A stretch of DNA of 13,720 bases from Salpingoeca rosetta (taxonomy: Eukaryota > Protista > Choanoflagellata). The stretch spans positions 433,481-447,200 of the forward strand of contig JAWQFM010000028.1 of NCBI GenBank assembly GCA_033442325.1. Reading direction: 5' to 3'. The notes beneath the pieces are model-generated. The model worked only from the letters and a program-made list of their open reading frames with translations. It was not told where the DNA came from and did not search any database. Positions 9,587-13,720 of the stretch are shown in pieces; positions within the stretch are counted from its first letter, which is position 1; every line of letters starts with the position of its first letter. The translations under genes were made by a program, and so were the position numbers.

Positions 9587-10230
9587 GTCGGAGGCGCGTG
9601 TCCAGGCTTCACTCAACAGCGACAGCGCTGAGAAGATAATGGTTGCGGGAAGATGCTTGTTGTTGTTGTTGTTGTTGTTCAATGCTTGATGGCTGTTGTA
9701 GTTATCTCTGTTTTGTGTTTTAAAACAGCATGAGAGTGTCGATCGTGTGAGATTTGTAGCTACACACCGCACCACAAAACATCGCAACATAAACACATCA
9801 CAACCACCACAACGGAGATCATACACCATCATCCATGTGCGTCAATTCGACCATCACCACCACCATATCCACGATCACAGCCAGTGCACCACCATCGACG
9901 CGCTCACCAACAGCAGATGAAGCAAACAAGCAAGGCACAAAACGGCCGCGGAAAGTTAGTGGGAAACATCGCAGTCGCTCACACCTGTCAACTTTGACAG
10001 GCACCCCAACAACAACAACAAAGAGAGAGAGGGAAGAATTTTTTTTTCTTTGCCCAATCCAATCATCATCAAACACTCGATTCCACACCCCTCTCAGCTG
10101 CCTCAGCTGCCTGCATCAGCTGCCTTGCGTCGTCCAGCCGCTCGTCATTTCCCCCCTCCTCCTCCTCGTCTTCCTGCGCCGTATCGCTGTCGCCCTCCCC
10201 TACTCAACCCTGCAACGCGCAACCTGAGTC
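9587..10230. promoter_or_regulatory. Divergent intergenic region: candidate bidirectional promoter plus both 5' UTRs
   Basis: 644 bp between the oppositely oriented ATGs at 9586 (-) and 10231 (+). Transcription starts cannot be seen from the sequence. Confidence 0.6.
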
Positions 10231-10295
10231 ATGAGCGTGGTTAAAGAAGGCTGGCTGTTGAAGCGCGGCGAATACATCTCCACTTGGAGGCCCAG
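10231..10295 (+). CDS. AKT: Akt exon 1: [22 protein letters not shown]
   Basis: Start of the PH domain; gtttgt donor, phase 2. Confidence 0.95.
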
Positions 10296-13200
10296 GTTTG
10301 TTGTTTTGGTTTTGTTTGTTTTGGTTTGGCTTGTGCGTAGTGATTGTTTGCTGTGCTGTGCTGTTGTGTGCTGTTGTGTGCTGCTTGTGCTGCTTTGTGT
10401 GCGACTCTGTGCATATCTTGGATCGTGATGGTTGGTGACGTGTGTTGTGTGTTGGCGACACCCGCATTCCGTGTTGGGTTGTGGCGAACCAATGGGGACC
10501 ACTGACTTGTTTTACACGATGCTGTTGTTGTCGTGTGCGGACAGGTACTTTGTGTTGCGCAGCGACGGCAAGTTCCTCGGGTTTAAGCAAAAGCCTGCCA
10601 GTGCCAGTGATCCAGCTGTCAACAAGTTTGACGTGAGTGTGTGTGTGTGTGTGAACGTGTACTTGTGAGTGTCAAGGGTGCCGTGTATCGATGTGTGCGT
10701 GTGCGTGTGCGTGTGCGTGTATGTGTGTGTGCGTGCTTGTATGTGCAGGCTCTCTGTCGGAAGGCCAGTCGCTGCTGGCACCGTTCTATCATCACTGCTC
10801 TCGCTTATCGCACATTGTGTTCACGGTTGGCATTGCAGATCAGGGATTGCAAGATCTCTGTCGAGGATGACAAGGGCAAGAGCGGGAAGTTCGGCTTCTC
10901 CATCCGGTGCGTTCATGTGATTGGTGTTGTGAGTTGGTGTGTTTCTGAGTGGCTGTGTTTGCGGTTTTGTGTGTGTGCGTGTGTGTATGTGTGTATGTGT
11001 ATGTGTGTGTGTATGTGTTATGTGTTATGTGTTATGTGTTATGTGTTATGTGTATGTGTATGTGTGTATGTGTATGTGTATGTGTGTGTGTATGTGTGTG
11101 TGTGTCTGTGTGCGTGAATGTGTGTATGTGTGTGTGTCTCTCTCTCTGTGTGGTTATGGCTTGTCGCCCAAGCTTGTACACGACCTCCATCACCCTCCAC
11201 CTCTTCTGGTCACTCCATCCATAGTCATGTGCTCACATGACGAACTGACGCATGCTGCCAAACCAACAGCTTTGTTCAGATGACGCGCGTGATTGAGCGT
11301 TCCTTCCATACAGAGTCTGCCATGGAGCGCCAGGAGTGGGTTGACGCCATCACGGGACTCAAGCACTCCGTATGTACTCCACCGCATTGCTCTCTCTCGT
11401 ATGTGTGTGTGTATGTCTTTGTTCGATGCGGAAACAGGCTGGTTTGCTTGCCACCTGGCATACGTGAGCGCTTGCTTGTGCTCCGTACCATCACCCTCCC
11501 CAGTTTATTCTATCCCATCCAACTGACACGCTTCTACCATCGTCCTCGCCTTGTTCCACCACCACCACCACCACCACCACCACCACCACCACCACCACCA
11601 CCACCACCACTCCTCTTTCCATGACGGACAGCTCGAGGGAGCCGGTGACTCGCGCGGCTCGCGGTCATCACACGACACCCGCGCCATGTCCTTCATTGGC
11701 GGCCGCCCAGAGCCCGCAGACATCTCCATGGACAGCTTCGAAATGCTCAAGGTTCGCCCCAGCGTGTGTATGTATGTGTGTGTGTGTGTGTGTGTAGGAG
11801 AGGGGGGTCATTGGATCATGGTAGCAGCGCCACATGTGATTACCTGTTCAGTCAGCCTGTGTCACACACACACACAGGCAGACACACACATACACATACA
11901 CACGTTCTCTTACCTCACAAACGCACCCACTTACACTCATACACACCCACTTACACCCCATACACACACACGCACGCACGGCGCGTGTGTAGGTGCTTGG
12001 CAAGGGCAGCTTTGGCAAGGTGATGCTTGCCAAGCTCAAGTCATCGGGTGCCGTTTACGCGATCAAAGTTCTCAAGAAGAGCATGGTGCGTTTGTTGAGA
12101 CGCACACGCACACACGCGCACACATGTGTAACAGACAAACCTTTGCTGCTCCTGCTGTGACTATTGTTTCCACGTGACCGTCATGCGTCGCTCTTGGTGG
12201 TTTATATGCATGTTCTGCTTGTTTTGTCCTAACACACACACACACACGCGCGCGCGCGCACACACATGCCGTCAATCACACCTCACGCGCACATGTCCCT
12301 GTTTTGTGTGGCAGATTCTGGAGAAGAACGAGCTGGCGCACACGTTTACGGAGAACTCCGTGCTGGCCAAGTGCTCGCATCCGTTCCTGACGTCGCTGCA
12401 CTACTCGTTCCAGACACCAGACCTCCTCTGCTTCGTCATGGAATACGTCAACGGCGGCGAGGTGCACACGTGCTCACACGCTCGACGGTCATGTGGCGTG
12501 CTGCCGTGATGGCGTGTGTGTGTCGTGTGTGTGTGTGTGTGTGCGCGCGCGCGCGTGTGTGTGTGTCGTGTGCGTGTGTCGTGTGTGTGTCGTGTGCGTG
12601 TGTCCATGTGTGTGCGTGTACACGTGCGTGTGTATGCATGGGCTTCAACTTCCATACTGTTGTTGTCCCTGCCTGCTCTTCCCCTTCGTGAGCTCACCAC
12701 CACTGCACCCACCCTCCCCTCTTGTAGCTGTTCTTCCACCTGCGCAAGGAGAAGAAGTTCAGCGAGGACCGCACGCGCATCTACATTGCGGAGATTCTGC
12801 TTGCGCTGACATACCTGCACGACCAAGGCATCATCTACCGCGACCTCAAGCTCGAGAACCTGCTGCTCGACGCCGAGGGACACATCAAGGTACACCAGCA
12901 CGTGCGATGCGGTTGGCGTGGTGGCGTGGCAGTTGGTGTTGTGGTGCCGTGGACGGGGAAAGTTATTGGCGCTCGCAGGGCAATTTTATGCAACCTTAAT
13001 TTGAGTGCTGTGTGTCTCCTTTGACAACGACAGGCGGTGCTTCCATTTGTCTCATCTCAGAACACTTCCTTTTAGGCGCTCACCTTCTCACTCACCCATT
13101 ACACGCTTGATGCCACGCCATGGTTACGCCCTTCAGATTACGGACTTTGGTCTGTGTAAGGAGGAGATCACGTACGGCTCCACGACGCGCACCTTCTGCG

Positions 13201-13372
13201 GCACCCCAGAATACCTCGTGCGTTGGCCACCTGCTCGTGACGGTGGTGGTGTTGATGGCGTTGGGAGCAGGGCTGGAGTAGAGGGCTTTGGGGGGGGATT
13301 TGTGGTGCATGGAGAGTGGTACTCATTTCCGTGTGTGCAATGACGGCTTTTGATACTCACTCTTCCTCTTCA

Positions 13373-13437
<65 letters not shown>

Positions 13438-13491
13438 TGCATAGGCGCCTGAAGTGATTCTCGACTCAGACTACGGCCTTCCTGTCGACTG
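10231..13491 (+). CDS. AKT: RAC serine/threonine protein kinase Akt/PKB (PH domain + AGC kinase domain), 3'-truncated by the window end. Exons: 10231-10295, 10545-10632, 10839-10906, 11270-11369, 11632-11751, 11993-12085, 12315-12461, 12728-12889, 13137-13217, 13445-13491
   Basis: The spliced product has the Akt PH signature [21 protein letters not shown]...VIERSFH...ERQEWVDAI. Kinase motifs are [70 protein letters not shown] and DYG..VDW. All introns are GT-AG with consistent phases. Confidence 0.97.
10545..10632 (+). CDS. AKT: Akt exon 2: [29 protein letters not shown]
   Basis: gacag acceptor, gtgagt donor. Confidence 0.93.
10839..10906 (+). CDS. AKT: Akt exon 3: [23 protein letters not shown]
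   Basis: ttgcag acceptor, gtgcgt donor. Confidence 0.9.
10968..11140. repeat. Degenerate (GT)/(GTAT)/(TATGTGT) simple repeat in Akt intron 3
   Basis: Directly visible. Confidence 0.85.
11270..11369 (+). CDS. AKT: Akt exon 4: [33 protein letters not shown]
   Basis: caacag acceptor, gtatgt donor; PH C-terminal helix. Confidence 0.93.
11556..11610. repeat. (CCA)18 trinucleotide repeat in Akt intron 4
   Basis: Directly visible, just upstream of the acceptor at 11631. Confidence 0.95.
11632..11751 (+). CDS. AKT: Akt exon 5: linker [40 protein letters not shown]
   Basis: ggacag acceptor, gttcgc donor. Confidence 0.9.
11993..12085 (+). CDS. AKT: Akt exon 6: [31 protein letters not shown]
   Basis: Gly-rich loop and catalytic Lys; gtgtag acceptor, gtgcgt donor. 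Confidence 0.95.
12315..12461 (+). CDS. AKT: Akt exon 7: [17 protein letters not shown]...[10 protein letters not shown]
   Basis: tggcag acceptor, gtgcac donor. Confidence 0.95.
12728..12889 (+). CDS. AKT: Akt exon 8: [17 protein letters not shown]...[18 protein letters not shown]
   Basis: Catalytic loop; ttgtag acceptor, gtacac donor. Confidence 0.95.
13137..13217 (+). CDS. AKT: Akt exon 9: [27 protein letters not shown] (activation-loop Thr codon 13191-13193)
   Basis: DFG motif and T-loop; cttcag acceptor, gtgcgt donor. Confidence 0.95.
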
Positions 13492-13500
13492 GTCAGTGAG

Positions 13501-13590
<90 letters not shown>
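13376..13590. repeat. Two long (GT)n tracts (~13376-13434 and ~13503-13590) flanking Akt exon 10
   Basis: Directly visible. Confidence 0.95.
13445..13491 (+). CDS. AKT: Akt exon 10: [16 protein letters not shown]
   Basis: gcatag acceptor, gtcagt donor (phase 2). Further exons lie outside the window. Confidence 0.93.
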
Positions 13591-13593
<3 letters not shown>

Positions 13594-13720
13594 ATTCTCA
13601 TTTACGCACCCACCCATACACATTCGCACTCGCACTCACTCATTCACGCTTCTTCACACACACACACACACACACACATTCACCCCCACTCTCTCTCACA
13701 CTCACACTCACGCACTCACA

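Noticed and set aside
195-9689. Many plus-strand ORFs (HTHT, VCVC, poly-S/L/C/I) overlapping the minus-strand gene
   Set aside because: They are antisense shadows of low-complexity exons or microsatellite read-through, with no coherent splice chain.
9587-9832. In-frame upstream ATG extending the minus-strand gene (ORF 9332..9832)
   Set aside because: The extension is Cys/Val/poly-Asn sequence that looks like UTR, and the ATG at 9586 has a good context. Not fully excluded without TSS data.
11551-11631. Poly-His N-terminus of ORF 11551..12177
   Set aside because: It is the intronic (CCA)n repeat upstream of the acceptor at 11631; Akt exon 5 starts at 11632.
1-13720. CRISPR array, transposon, tRNA/rRNA or prokaryotic operon
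   Set aside because: No regularly spaced repeat-spacer units, terminal repeats, transposase/RT motifs or structural RNA signatures were seen. The repeats are simple microsatellites in spliceosomal introns.

Overview
Eukaryotic, intron-dense genomic DNA. Short GT-AG introns (mostly ~150-300 nt) are packed with (CA/GT)n microsatellites and the exons are GC-rich. This style resembles the choanoflagellate Salpingoeca rosetta, which is an inference from sequence style only. Almost all six-frame ORFs are intron read-through artefacts. Manual splice reconstruction gives two head-to-head genes. (1) Minus strand, 9586->~68: a ~25-exon, ~1,276-aa protein of alternating Q/E/L/R coiled coils and D/E-rich tracts. 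Its C-terminus (SQEGNTPFLLRSLRLLS|AMTTDYTRQRCLYLLAD, visible only after splicing) resembles the conserved C-terminal region of PCM1, the animal centriolar-satellite scaffold. (2) Plus strand, 10231->beyond the window end: an Akt/PKB kinase (PH domain plus AGC kinase domain, 10 exons visible). The two start codons are separated by 644 bp containing a TGACAG palindrome and three CAGCTG repeats. No prokaryotic features, RNA genes, CRISPR arrays or transposons were supported.
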